Source: an uncultured archaeon
GTDB lineage: Archaea > Iainarchaeota > Iainarchaeia > Iainarchaeales > 1-14-0-10-31-34
Length of the DNA stretch: 64,000 bases
Reading direction: 5' to 3'
Assembly: GCA_964608675.1 (NCBI GenBank)
Contig: CAZSOZ010000004.1
Span: 31,226-95,225 of the forward strand
Shown here one piece after another: positions 17,939 to 27,705 of the stretch; within the stretch, counting starts at the first letter, position 1, and every line of letters starts with the position of its first letter. A program made the position numbers and the translations under genes. The notes under the pieces are model-generated. The model did not search any database. It worked only from the letters and a program-made list of their open reading frames with translations, and was not told where the DNA came from.

Positions 17939-19130
17939 AATTTATTTCTATTCCTAATTCATTTGTTTCATGAATTACAACAACTATGTTATGACATAAG
18001 ACTTTCAATAACAACTCGTTTTTTTGTGCTGTGTGTGTTTTTGATTTCAGGCAGTCGTTAAATTTTGATTTTATCATAAAAAATGTTGTTTCTATGTTGC
18101 TTCTTTTGTGATAGTGTTGCATGAATTCTTCTTGGTTGAATTTGAAGTAGTGATACATTTTTCTTCAAATGTGGTTTTTTCCTTTTGGAATTCCTCTTGC
18201 ACTTTTTTTGAATGGAATGTAAGCTGTTCCGCCAAAGTCATCAATTAAAGCAAGGTTATCTCTTGAACTGTAAGCCATGTCTGCTGAAAACTCTTGAATA
18301 TCAAAACCATTTTGTTTTGTTTGTGTGGCTAATGGAATTAAGTTAGGGCTATCTCCTGTGCCTGTTCCATGACTTTTTGATACTTCACAGCTTGTTATTA
18401 TGTTTGTTTTTGCTCCGCAGACTGCATGAAGTTTAAGCCATTCATGTCGTCTTTTTGTATTGTGTTTTTCTTTACAGTATTCATTAAATTTTGTTGTTCT
18501 GAATCCAGTTGAATCAATGCAAAATTTTTCTTCACAAGTTTTCAAAACAATTCCTGACTTTGAAATTAATTGCTTTAAAGTTTTGGTTATTTGTTTCTTT
18601 TGCGTGAAGTGTCCGATTGAAGCAAAACAAGGGACTTTTTGAATTAATCCTTTTTCTTTTGCAAACTTTAAATCTGACATGAATCTTCTTAAAGAAAATT
18701 GAGAATAAACTTTTAGTGCTGAAGCAAACATTAAATCTTTTTCTGAAATTTTAGGTCTGCCAAAACTATAATCTGCTTCTTCAATGTTTTCTAATAAATC
18801 TTTTAGTAATTCCATGAATCTTTCTTTTTCTGTTTCTTGGCTTTTATTGTAAGCACTCCAAGTTTGAGGATAAGTTAATCTTTTTGTTTCAATTTTGCTT
18901 ACTCCGTTTTTGATTGTAATTTTTTGTAAATAGTATTGAACTGCAAAAGCGTGTTTACAAGTGCAATCACTATTCTTATGGTCAGGACAACTACAAGAAT
19001 AATCCTTTCTAACAAAATAATTTTTATTTCCTGATTGGCTTGGAACTATCCAGCCATCAACTCCGCTTTGAATTGTTTTAGTTTTTGCAATTTCAAAACC
19101 TTTCTTTTTTCTTAAATCCATTTTACTCAA
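17928..19130 (-). pseudogene. IS5/IS4-like DDE transposase with an N-terminal SWIM-type zinc finger, interrupted by an in-frame TGA at 18165-18167.
   Basis: CxCx(n)CxH zinc finger (YSCSCPDHKNSDCTCKH). DDE_Tnp_1-like C-terminal blocks ADMAYSSRDNLALIDDFGGTAYIPFKKS and, after the stop, YHKRSNIETTFFMIKSKF. The 321-aa and 76-aa ORFs are in the same frame, separated by the TGA plus two codons. TGA is used as a normal stop by other genes in this window. Confidence 0.55.
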
Positions 19131-19206
19131 CCTCTCACATACTTATTAAGTACATACTTTATAAGTGTATACTATTAAAAACCTTTCGGTTCAATAAAGT
19201 ATATAA

Positions 19207-19407
19207 ATGGGAAATAACTTGTATAGTCCAATGGCAGTATTCAAGAAAAAAATAACAGTAACTATGTTACGTTGTGAAAGATGTGGTTATGAGTGGCAAC
19301 AGAGAGGTAAAAAACTCCCTGAAGTGTGTGCTAATCTAAAATGCAAAAGCAGATATTGGAATAGACCAAGACAACAACGAAAAACAAAGAAAGATGGTAA
19401 AAAATGA
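19207..19407 (+). CDS. Small C4 zinc-ribbon protein.
   Basis: CERCGYEW...CANLKCKS. The stop overlaps the MTase start (ATGA). Confidence 0.35.
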   Translation: MGNNLYSPMAVFKKKITVTMLRCERCGYEWQQRGKKLPEVCANLKCKSRYWNRPRQQRKTKKDGKK

Positions 19408-20717
19408 GCGTCACAGATAATTCAAGAAGAAGTTTAGGAGTTCATTTAACTTCAGTAAACACATTTAAAAAATACGTTTTTCCAAAAATTAAAAACAAAA
19501 TAAATGACTTTATTTGGGTTGACTTATTTGCAGGAGAAGGCAACCTTATTTTACCTATTCTTGAAAGTATTTCAAAAGACAAAAGAATTCAATTTTTTAA
19601 GGAAAACATTTTCTTGTTTGATATTCAAAAAGAAATGGTTAAAAAATCTGTTGAAAATGCAATAAAATATGGGATACCTAAAGAGATTGCAGAAAAAAAC
19701 ATAATTCAGCAAGATACCTTAAAAAATTTTCCAAAATTTTTACATGAACTAAATAAACCAATTTTCCATATAACTAACCCCCCTTATCTATATTTAGGGT
19801 ATATAGGAAAACACAAAGAAATGAATATTCACTTAAGTTATTTTGAAGGATATAATAAAGGATATCAAGACTTATATCAAATTGCCTTAATAAATGACTT
19901 AAGAAATAATCTACAAAAAATGATTTACATTATTCCATCAAATTTTTTATTTGGGGCAGTAATTTCAAACAAAATAAGAGATGACTTTTTACCACAATAC
20001 AAAATAAATGAAGCAGTAATTTTTGAAAAAAAAATATTTGAATTTACTGGCACAAATGTAATGATTTGTTTTTTTGAAAAAACTGAAAAATTAAATAGGA
20101 TAATTGAATTTAATGCAACAAAAATTAACAGCCACGAAATAACAAGGCACTATATTTTAACTAAAAAAAACAAATTTAGGGGCGGAAACTATTTTGAAGA
20201 ATATGTAAAAACAAGAAAAGCAGTTAACCCCCTTGAAGTTAAATATTATTTAAAACAAGAAGAATTAGAAAAAAACAAAGGAAATAATAAAGTCATTCTT
20301 TTAGATTCAAAAAATTATACAGGGAAGAGTTACTCGCAAAAAGAATTTTTTGTAAACAATAAGTTATTTAATAAAATTAAATCAAATCCTTTGTTTATAA
20401 GGACAGTTGATACTGGTTCAGAAGAAGGCAGAGCTGGTTTATACAACATAAAAAAAACTTTTGAAGTTGACGGAATTTTTGTTAGTGGTGCAACTTACAG
20501 AACAAACCCAATACAACTTTTCATTACTCCAACTTTAAAAAACAATGATTCTGAAAAATTAAAAGAACAATTTAATCAAACTCTTGAAAATTTAAGAGAT
20601 AAAACTGACAGTGAATTTATGACTACTTACAAATATACTAATGGAACAGGAAAGTATATTAGAAAGTATTTAGGGTTAAGTCAAGCAAAAAAGCTTTTAC
20701 AAACAATAATTTTGTAA
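19404..20717 (+). CDS. N6-adenine DNA methyltransferase, gamma-class (M.TaqI-like architecture: motif I, then NPPY, then a C-terminal TRD).
   Basis: Motif I DLFAGEGNL and motif IV ITNPPYLY. The ~250-aa C-terminal region is consistent with a target-recognition domain. Confidence 0.7.
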   Translation: MSVTDNSRRSLGVHLTSVNTFKKYVFPKIKNKINDFIWVDLFAGEGNLILPILESISKDKRIQFFKENIFLFDIQKEMVKKSVENAIKYGIPKEIAEKNIIQQDTLKNFPKFLHELNKPIFHITNPPYLYLGYIGKHKEMNIHLSYFEGYNKGYQDLYQIALINDLRNNLQKMIYIIPSNFLFGAVISNKIRDDFLPQYKINEAVIFEKKIFEFTGTNVMICFFEKTEKLNRIIEFNATKINSHEITRHYILTKKNKFRGGNYFEEYVKTRKAVNPLEVKYYLKQEELEKNKGNNKVILLDSKNYTGKSYSQKEFFVNNKLFNKIKSNPLFIRTVDTGSEEGRAGLYNIKKTFEVDGIFVSGATYRTNPIQLFITPTLKNNDSEKLKEQFNQTLENLRDKTDSEFMTTYKYTNGTGKYIRKYLGLSQAKKLLQTIIL

Positions 20718-20723
20718 ACAAAA

Positions 20724-21526
20724 TTATCTTTCATTTTCTTTTATAAAATCAGGTAGTAAAAGAGCACTTAAAGCATTTCCTGTTGAATTACAAAGACGTT
20801 TATAATATCTGCCACTTTCTTTAAACCAAACTACTCCATCAACTATAGCTATTCTTATAACATTTCCTGATTTTTCTTCAGAAAATTTAACTATATTAAA
20901 ATATTGATTATCTTGTCCGCCACCACCAGCAGAAATAAATTTTGCTCCACCAACTATAAACTTTCCATTTTTTAGTTTGGCAATAAAATCTACATCTCCT
21001 TTTTCTTCAAGTTTACATTTTAATTCCTTTTCAGCAAACCATTGCATTTGTTTATCTGAGGCATTAAGAAAGACTGTTGAATTAGAAACTTTAAAGTCAT
21101 TTAAAGAAACAGAAGGATATCCTATAGTTTTAACCCATGCCTTAAAAGCGTTTCCTAATCGTTTACTTGCACTTTTTGGTTCATTACATCTGTCTACAAC
21201 TTCTCGCCAACTTAATTTTATATCCTTTTTGCTATGCGTTGTGTGGTTTGTGGATTGTTTTCTATTATCTTTTCATTAAGCTTTAAAGAGCCCATATATG
21301 AATCTTTAATAGGTGCTGCTTCTTTTCTGGAAAGAATTGAAATGCTTTTCACTAATTCTTCCATATTTTTTTCTTCATACGCTTTTTTTATTTTATTCAT
21401 TAATTCCTCAGAAATATCTCTCTTTTCTTCTGTTTGTGCAGGATAAACAGAATGGAGTTTATCTAAATATCCTTTAGAATTAGCAAAATTAATGCTTTTT
21501 TCAACCCAATTATTCATATTAACCAA
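20724..21526 (-). pseudogene. Two adjacent minus-strand ORFs (21218..21526 and 20724..21047) in different frames with about 60 codons of open overlap. This looks like a frameshifted single gene and is a candidate restriction-endonuclease partner of the MTase.
   Basis: The frame of the downstream ORF stays open for about 60 codons upstream of its Met (KDNRKQSTNHTTHSKKDIKLSWREVVDRCNEPKSASKRLGNAFKAWVKTIGYPSVSLNDFKVSNSTVFLNASDKQ-MQWF...), overlapping the end of the 102-aa ORF. The location immediately 3' of the MTase is convergent. No catalytic motif could be confirmed. Confidence 0.3.
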
Positions 21527-21555
21527 TAAAATATGCTATTACCTTTATTTAAGTT

Positions 21556-21798
21556 TTGGGATTTAATAATATTGGTAGTATGGGCGGTTCATTAAATTAC
21601 GAAAGAAGTTATGAAAAACTTCAGAAAGCAAGAAGCTTATCGGAAGAAGAAAAAAAAATAATTATGGCACGAAAAAGAGGGTTTCCTAATTGTAAGGGAT
21701 TATATCCTGATTGCCCTGAAGTTCCTGATAAAAATTGTAGTCAATGTAAGACCTGCCCTGTTTTAGACGAAACATATGAAAGAAGTTATAAAGTTTAA
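21556..21798 (+). CDS. Small Cys-rich protein (CxxxxxC...CxxCxxC).
   Basis: ORF only. Confidence 0.3.
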   Translation: MGFNNIGSMGGSLNYERSYEKLQKARSLSEEEKKIIMARKRGFPNCKGLYPDCPEVPDKNCSQCKTCPVLDETYERSYKV

Positions 21799-21848
21799 GG
21801 ACTTTTTACACGGTTTTTTTACTTTTTACACAAAAACGACTTTTCACA
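21798..21848. repeat. Three direct copies of ACTTTT(T)ACACA (21798-21810, 21818-21830, 21836-21848).
   Basis: Seen directly: gACTTTTTACACGGtttttttACTTTTTACACAAaaacgACTTTTCACACAAAG. Confidence 0.7.
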
Positions 21849-21902
21849 CAAAGCTAGCTAAAGGCAAACCATTAAATAGTTCTTTTTGTTTTATTTTTTT
21901 TT

Positions 21903-22472
21903 ATGTTAATAAAATTTTTTTTGCCTGCAATTTTGTTTTTATTTTTGTTTTCTTTTGGGTGTTTTGATTTAATTAAAGAAAGCCCTGGAGAAAAAGCAGT
22001 TAAATTGGCTGATCAACTGCCTGAAATTGATGTTACTGAAAGGCTGATTAAAAGTTTTGAGAACTCAGATGAATGTACTTTGAATGTTTATATTGAAAAT
22101 TATTCTAGTTTACTGCAGGTTCAGGGAATGGGTTATTTTGAGCCAACACAGGAACAAAGAAAAGAAATGGGGTTGGCTTTAAATAAAACAAAAGATTGGG
22201 TTAATCAATGTAATCCAAGGCTTTCCAGACAACTGGAAATGCAGTCAGAAAACAGTTATGTTGTTTATTATGAAATGGAAACAAACAAAGATGCGGTTTG
22301 TGATGTTTCTTCTGAAAAAGTGAAAGTTTTTGTTGATTTACGAGAAGAAAAAGCGATAATTGAAGAAGGTTCAGTTTCTCAAAATAGTATTGAAGTGCTT
22401 GAAGAAGTATTGCATTATATGGGACCTTGTGCAGGATTAATGTTTTTTTCATTGACTGTTATTGAAGAATGA
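21903..22472 (+). CDS. Secreted hypothetical protein (N-terminal signal peptide).
   Basis: ORF, hydrophobic N-terminus. Lies 55 bp downstream of the second repeat cluster. Confidence 0.35.
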   Translation: MLIKFFLPAILFLFLFSFGCFDLIKESPGEKAVKLADQLPEIDVTERLIKSFENSDECTLNVYIENYSSLLQVQGMGYFEPTQEQRKEMGLALNKTKDWVNQCNPRLSRQLEMQSENSYVVYYEMETNKDAVCDVSSEKVKVFVDLREEKAIIEEGSVSQNSIEVLEEVLHYMGPCAGLMFFSLTVIEE

Positions 22473-22548
22473 TTTTTTTTTAAAATAGTTTTTTAAAGCT
22501 TTTCAACTATTATCTTTTTTTTCTAGAATTGAATCGGGGGTAATTAAA

Positions 22549-23706
22549 TTGTCTGGTGTAGATCCAGTTATATCTGAAGTAATGTTAAAACTAATTATAA
22601 TTTTGTTTTCAGCAAAACTTGCAGGATACATTTTTGATCGAATAAAACAACCCAGAGTTTTAGGTGAACTTCTTGTTGGAGTGTTGCTTGGACCAAGCTT
22701 GTTTGGTTATATTACTGGTCATGAAGAAATCCTGATGTTTTTGTCTGAAGTCGGAGTAATTATTTTATTGTTTTTGGTTGGATTGGAATCCAATATCCAT
22801 GAATTACTAAAAAGCGGAAAAAATGCTTTAATGGTTGCAGTAATTGGAGTGCTTGCTCCTGTATTATTGTCTTTGCCTTATCTGCTTTATATTGAAGTAT
22901 TGGATTTTAATGCAGCTTTGTTTATTGCAGCAACTCTTACAGCAACAAGTGTCGGAGTAACCATGAGAGTTTTAAGCGAAATGAAAAAAATTACTTCGCT
23001 TGAAGGAAAAATTATTTTGGGGGCAGCAGTAATTGATGATGTTTTAGGATTAATTATTTTGTCTGTTTTGGCAGGAATCGCTGAAACAGGAGGAGTTGAA
23101 ATACTGAATGTAATTCAGACTATTGTTGTTTCTGCTTTATTCCTTGCAGTAACTATTGTAATTGGAATCAAGTTAGAAGAACCTATTTTGAAGATGATAA
23201 GATATTTGAAGGTCAGAAGAACTTTTATTGTTTCAGCAGTAATTTTTGCTTTGGCTTTGGGGTATCTTGCTCAAATGATTGGATTGGCTGCAATTGTTGG
23301 AGCATTTGCTGCAGGCTTAATTCTTGAAAGAGAAGAACACAAAGAAAACATCATGAAAAAAACTGAAGTAATTGGAGACGTGTTTACTCCGATTTTTTTT
23401 GTGATGGCTGGAGTTGCAGTTAATGTTTCAACAATTAATATGGATTTGCTTCCATTAGGAATAATTTTATTGATTATTGCTTTGGTTGGAAAAATTGTTG
23501 CAGGCTTTGGTGTATTTGGAACTCCTGCTTCAAAGATGGCTGTTGGAGTTGGAATGGTTCCAAGAGGAGAAGTCGGATTAATTTTTGCTACATTTGGGTT
23601 AGCGCATTCTTTTATCGGAGATGGAATGTATTCAATTCTTGTTGTAGTAATAATGCTGACTACTTTGTTTACTCCGCCTGTCCTCAAAAAATTAATGGAT
23701 AAATAA
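22549..23706 (+). CDS. Cation:proton antiporter (second CPA-family paralogue in the window).
   Basis: Polytopic Na_H exchanger-like profile (GELLVGVLLGPSL...). Confidence 0.6.
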   Translation: MSGVDPVISEVMLKLIIILFSAKLAGYIFDRIKQPRVLGELLVGVLLGPSLFGYITGHEEILMFLSEVGVIILLFLVGLESNIHELLKSGKNALMVAVIGVLAPVLLSLPYLLYIEVLDFNAALFIAATLTATSVGVTMRVLSEMKKITSLEGKIILGAAVIDDVLGLIILSVLAGIAETGGVEILNVIQTIVVSALFLAVTIVIGIKLEEPILKMIRYLKVRRTFIVSAVIFALALGYLAQMIGLAAIVGAFAAGLILEREEHKENIMKKTEVIGDVFTPIFFVMAGVAVNVSTINMDLLPLGIILLIIALVGKIVAGFGVFGTPASKMAVGVGMVPRGEVGLIFATFGLAHSFIGDGMYSILVVVIMLTTLFTPPVLKKLMDK

Positions 23707-23731
23707 AAGAGAGATTCACTTCTCTTTTTTT

Positions 23732-24757
23732 TTATTTTTTTAAAAGAATAATTAATGCAGTTAATAAAACTGCAATAACTGCGGTTAAATTTATTTCAGG
23801 CATTTCAGTTAGGTTTCCTATTACTGCAGGCCCTAATTCTATTATTTCATAGCCGGAATTGTTTGCTTTGTTTTGTTCTGGAATCTGGTTTATAGGAATA
23901 TAATATGCTTCTCCGTCATCCCAGTATGCGCTGTCTGGATCCATAGGGTCAACAAAGTATTCGGGAGAAGATTCAACGTAGTTGCTTACTGTCAGAAATT
24001 CTATTTTATAGTTTTGTCTTTCTTCAAAATCATAATTTGCAAGATTAATGTTTAAATCGTATTCTTCGTAGCCGGGAGCAGAAAACTCTAAATAAAAAGG
24101 GGATGGCCCGTAAACTGCTTGTCCTGTTCTTGGATCGCTGATTATTATGAATGCTTTTGCTTGAATTGCTTGATTTAAATAATAATTTATTTTTGCTTGA
24201 ACTCTTATTTTTCCGTTCACTGAATACCTGTTTGAGGGCTCTATTTTTGTTATCTGAAAATTCGAAACAGATAATACATCTGTTGTAATTGGTTTAATTG
24301 TTATTACAACTGAATCCTGCTTTATTTGTTCTGTTGAATCAGTTATTTTTAATGTAATGTTGTGGTCTCCAATACTTAAACCTGAATATGTATGATTTTC
24401 ATCTGAAGAATACCATCCTGTGTCTTTGTTTGAATCCCATTTAATAATGCAGGGAGTATTTGTGCATGTTAAATGAGACATGAATTCAATTTCTGTTCCA
24501 ATATAAAACTGGTTTCCATCTGAAGGATTTAAAATTTCTGCTGAAAGTGCTTCTGCAGGGCATCCGTCACCGGAAATATCTTCACATGCCCCCCATTTGC
24601 TTGAAACACATCTTTGTATTCCAGAACATCCTTCTGAAGTAGTGCATATTCTGATTCTTCCGTCAATACATCTGTCGTCAGGCACAAAATCAGCATTTAT
24701 TAAAACAAGTAAAGAAACAAAAATAAATGCAGTCAAAAAATTTTTTTTGTTCATCAT
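23732..24757 (-). CDS. Secreted Cys-rich surface protein with a C-terminal TM anchor.
   Basis: Signal peptide, cysteine-rich N-terminal domain, and a C-terminal hydrophobic helix followed by KK. Confidence 0.4.
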   Translation of the reverse strand: MMNKKNFLTAFIFVSLLVLINADFVPDDRCIDGRIRICTTSEGCSGIQRCVSSKWGACEDISGDGCPAEALSAEILNPSDGNQFYIGTEIEFMSHLTCTNTPCIIKWDSNKDTGWYSSDENHTYSGLSIGDHNITLKITDSTEQIKQDSVVITIKPITTDVLSVSNFQITKIEPSNRYSVNGKIRVQAKINYYLNQAIQAKAFIIISDPRTGQAVYGPSPFYLEFSAPGYEEYDLNINLANYDFEERQNYKIEFLTVSNYVESSPEYFVDPMDPDSAYWDDGEAYYIPINQIPEQNKANNSGYEIIELGPAVIGNLTEMPEINLTAVIAVLLTALIILLKK

Positions 24758-24834
24758 TAGTATTATTGTGTTTCTGATATTTATTTGTTGTTTAAATAAG
24801 AATGCTTTAAATTGTTTTTTGTTCTTTTTTTTAG

Positions 24835-25026
24835 TTGATTGTTATGGGTTTAACTGATATTTTTAAGAAAAAAGAAAAAGAAGAAGAAAAACCTGTTCCT
24901 GAAGGAAAATATCATGAAGTGTGTGCTTTGTGTGGTGGAACAGGAACAGAAAAAAAGTGGGCAGGACAGTACTGGCATAAAAAATGCATGAGAAAAGCAA
25001 GAAAAGGAGCTAAAGGAATGATGTAA
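24835..25026 (+). CDS. Small zinc-binding protein (CxxC...C).
   Basis: ORF only. Confidence 0.25.
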   Translation: MIVMGLTDIFKKKEKEEEKPVPEGKYHEVCALCGGTGTEKKWAGQYWHKKCMRKARKGAKGMM

Positions 25027-25027
25027 G

Positions 25028-26074
25028 TCATTCAAAAAAAGGTTTTTCTAATTTCATTTTTTGGCCTTTGATTGTTTTTCCTAAAATAACTGCATTCAAT
25101 TCAAATTGTTTTTTTAGTTCGCTGACTATTTTTTCTGAATCTTTTTGTGAAACAACTAAAACCATTCCAATTCCCATGTTAAAGGTTTTGAACATTTCTT
25201 GTTCTGAAATGTTTCCGTTTTCTTTCAGCCATTTAAAAATAAATGGTACTTGAATTTTGTTTTGATTTATTTTGGCTGTAATTCCTGTAGGAAAAATTCT
25301 TGGAAGGTTGTCTATTAAGCCTCCTCCTGTAATATGTGCTATTCCTTTTAATTCAAATTTTTTCATTAAAAATAAAACTTCTTTTAAATAGCTTTTATGG
25401 ACTTTTAATAGTTCTCCTCCGATAGTTAAATCTTGTTTTTCTACTACAAATTGTTCTTTTAGGCTTATTTTTGTTTTTTCAAGAACTTTTCTTGCAAGAG
25501 AATAACCGTTTGTATGGAGTCCTGTGGATGGAAGTCCTATTAATGCATTGTTTTCTTTTATTTTTTTTCCTGTAATTAATTCTTTTTTTTCTGTTATTCC
25601 TATTATTGTTCCTGCTATATCAATTTCTTTTTCGGCGTAAGTTCCGGGCATTTCTGCTGTTTCTCCTGCAATTAATGCAATTGAATTTTCTTTGCATGCT
25701 TCTGCCATTCCTTTAACTATTTCTTCTATTATTTTTGGTTCAATTTTGTCTGAGGCAATATAATCAAGAAATGCAATTGGTTTTCCTCCGTGGCATAATA
25801 TGTCGTTAACAGAATGGTTAACTAAATCTTTTCCGATTGAATCCCATTTTTTCATTTGTTTTGCAATAATTGTTTTTGTTCCTATTCCGTCAATGCTTGA
25901 TAAAAGTATTGGTTCCTTGAATTTTTTTATTTCTTTTAAGTTTATTGCTCCGCAGAATAAACCTGAATCAAGCAAAACGTTTTCATTAAAAGTTGATTTA
26001 ACGTGTTTTTTTATTCTTTGAACTGCTTCGTTTCCTTTTTCTATGTTTACTCCTGCTTCAGAATAAGAAACCAT
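25028..26074 (-). CDS. purM: Phosphoribosylformylglycinamidine cyclo-ligase (AIR synthetase). The start was taken at MVSYSEAG.
   Basis: YSEAGVNIEKGNEAVQRIK N-terminal block and PurM-like domain order. The track start at 26119 would overlap rpiA. Confidence 0.75.
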   Translation of the reverse strand: MVSYSEAGVNIEKGNEAVQRIKKHVKSTFNENVLLDSGLFCGAINLKEIKKFKEPILLSSIDGIGTKTIIAKQMKKWDSIGKDLVNHSVNDILCHGGKPIAFLDYIASDKIEPKIIEEIVKGMAEACKENSIALIAGETAEMPGTYAEKEIDIAGTIIGITEKKELITGKKIKENNALIGLPSTGLHTNGYSLARKVLEKTKISLKEQFVVEKQDLTIGGELLKVHKSYLKEVLFLMKKFELKGIAHITGGGLIDNLPRIFPTGITAKINQNKIQVPFIFKWLKENGNISEQEMFKTFNMGIGMVLVVSQKDSEKIVSELKKQFELNAVILGKTIKGQKMKLEKPFFE

Positions 26075-26084
26075 TTTTTTTTCC

Positions 26085-26774
26085 TCACAAAATTTTTGTC
26101 CCTGTTTTTGTTCCTGCAATTACAGTGCAGTCTCTTGTAAACAATCCGTTTTCTTTTATGCCTTTTATTAAATTAAGGTTTTTTTCGAGTTCTTTTGCAT
26201 TTGTTATTGGAGAATGCATTTGCATGGAAATAACGTAATTGTTGTTTTCTGTTTCAACTGGCATGCATTTGTTTGAAACCTGAACTATTTCTGCATCAAA
26301 TTTTTTGTTTAATTTAGTTAGAATTTCAATTGTTTCTGCAGGCTCTACTTCAAGGAGTATTTCTTCTGTTAATTCTTTGTTTAATTTGCTTTCATCTATT
26401 ATTACTATAAATTTTTTTGCTTTGTAATCTATTTGTTTTTCTTTCAGGAAAGCATATCCTCCCATTCCTTTAAGCAGTTCTTTTTTTTGGTTTACTTGGT
26501 CTGCTCCGTCTACTGCTATATCAATTTTTTGAATGGAATTTTGGCTTACAACTTTTAAATCTGAGTCTATTGCAAGTCGCATTGTTTTGTTTGAAGTAGC
26601 AATACAAATTAAATCTAGTTTTTCTTTTTTGTTTTTTTCTGCTAGTTTTTTTACGAATATTTCTGCAGTTGAACCGCTTCCTAGTCCAACTGTCATTCCT
26701 TTTTTTATGTATTTTAATGCTTCTTTTGCCGCGTTTTCTTTTTGTTTTTCATTCATTTTTTTCTCACAAAACAT
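26085..26774 (-). CDS. rpiA: Ribose-5-phosphate isomerase A.
   Basis: VGLGSGSTAE and AVDGADQV motifs. Confidence 0.75.
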   Translation of the reverse strand: MFCEKKMNEKQKENAAKEALKYIKKGMTVGLGSGSTAEIFVKKLAEKNKKEKLDLICIATSNKTMRLAIDSDLKVVSQNSIQKIDIAVDGADQVNQKKELLKGMGGYAFLKEKQIDYKAKKFIVIIDESKLNKELTEEILLEVEPAETIEILTKLNKKFDAEIVQVSNKCMPVETENNNYVISMQMHSPITNAKELEKNLNLIKGIKENGLFTRDCTVIAGTKTGTKIL

Positions 26775-26793
26775 TAATTGAAAAGAAAAGATT

Positions 26794-27705
26794 TTAATTT
26801 GGTTTGAATGCCATCAATCCTGCTCCAATTATTCCTGCTTTTTCTTTGAATTTTGCTTTAATTATTTTTGTATTTGAAGCTCTTTTGAATGCTCTTTTTT
26901 TTACTTCTTTTTTTGCCTGCTGAATTAAAATATTTGAATTGCTTAGTCCTCCGCCTAAAACAATTGCTTCAGGGTTAAAACAGTTTATTATGTTGGTTAA
27001 GCCTATTCCAAGAAATGTTCCTGTTTCTTTTAAAATGGAAATAGCTATTTTGTCTCCTTTTTTTGCTGCTTCATCTACTTTTTTTGGAGTCAACGGCCAC
27101 ATTTTTTTTAGTTTTGATTCAAATAATTCTGTTTTTATTTCAGTTAACTGCATTAAAGGTTTTATTCCAATGTATTGTTCTAGGCATCCATTGTTTCCGC
27201 AGGAACATTTTGGGCCGTTAAAATTTATTGTCATGTGGCCTATTTCTGTTAAATTGTTTTTTCCTGAATAAATTTTTTTGTTTATTATTATTCCTGAACC
27301 CACGCCGGTTCCTGCAGTTAACCCTATTATTATATTGAATTTTTTTGCGTTTCCAATTAATGCTTCAGCGTAAGCCATTAGAACTGCATCATTCTGCAGA
27401 AAAATTTTTTTTCTTGTTTTATTTTTTAATGCTTTAATTAAATTGGTTTTGTTCATGCAGGCAATGTTAGGGCTCTGTATTATAATTCCTTTTTTTGGGT
27501 CAACGTCTCCTGCAAACCCTATTCCTATTGCTTTTATTTCTTTTGAATCAAGTTTTTTGATTACTTTAATCAGGTTTTCAATTAATTTTTTTTTGCCGTA
27601 ATGAGAGTTTGTTTCAATAGTAATTTGCTTTAAGATTTTTCCTTTTTTTGTGATTATTCCTGCTTTAATTTCTGTTCCTCCTATGTCTATTCCTATTGTT
27701 TTCAT
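26794..27705 (-). CDS. ROK-family sugar kinase (glucokinase-like).
   Basis: MKTIGIDIGGTEIK N-terminus and the CSCGNNGCLEQY zinc motif. Confidence 0.7.
   Translation of the reverse strand: MKTIGIDIGGTEIKAGIITKKGKILKQITIETNSHYGKKKLIENLIKVIKKLDSKEIKAIGIGFAGDVDPKKGIIIQSPNIACMNKTNLIKALKNKTRKKIFLQNDAVLMAYAEALIGNAKKFNIIIGLTAGTGVGSGIIINKKIYSGKNNLTEIGHMTINFNGPKCSCGNNGCLEQYIGIKPLMQLTEIKTELFESKLKKMWPLTPKKVDEAAKKGDKIAISILKETGTFLGIGLTNIINCFNPEAIVLGGGLSNSNILIQQAKKEVKKRAFKRASNTKIIKAKFKEKAGIIGAGLMAFKPN

Noticed and set aside
17591-21848. Considered whether the ACTTTTTACACA repeat clusters are a CRISPR array.
   Set aside because: There are only 3 copies per cluster, with 6-10 bp irregular spacers and a mixed orientation at the first cluster. 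There is no repeat-spacer periodicity and no cas genes.
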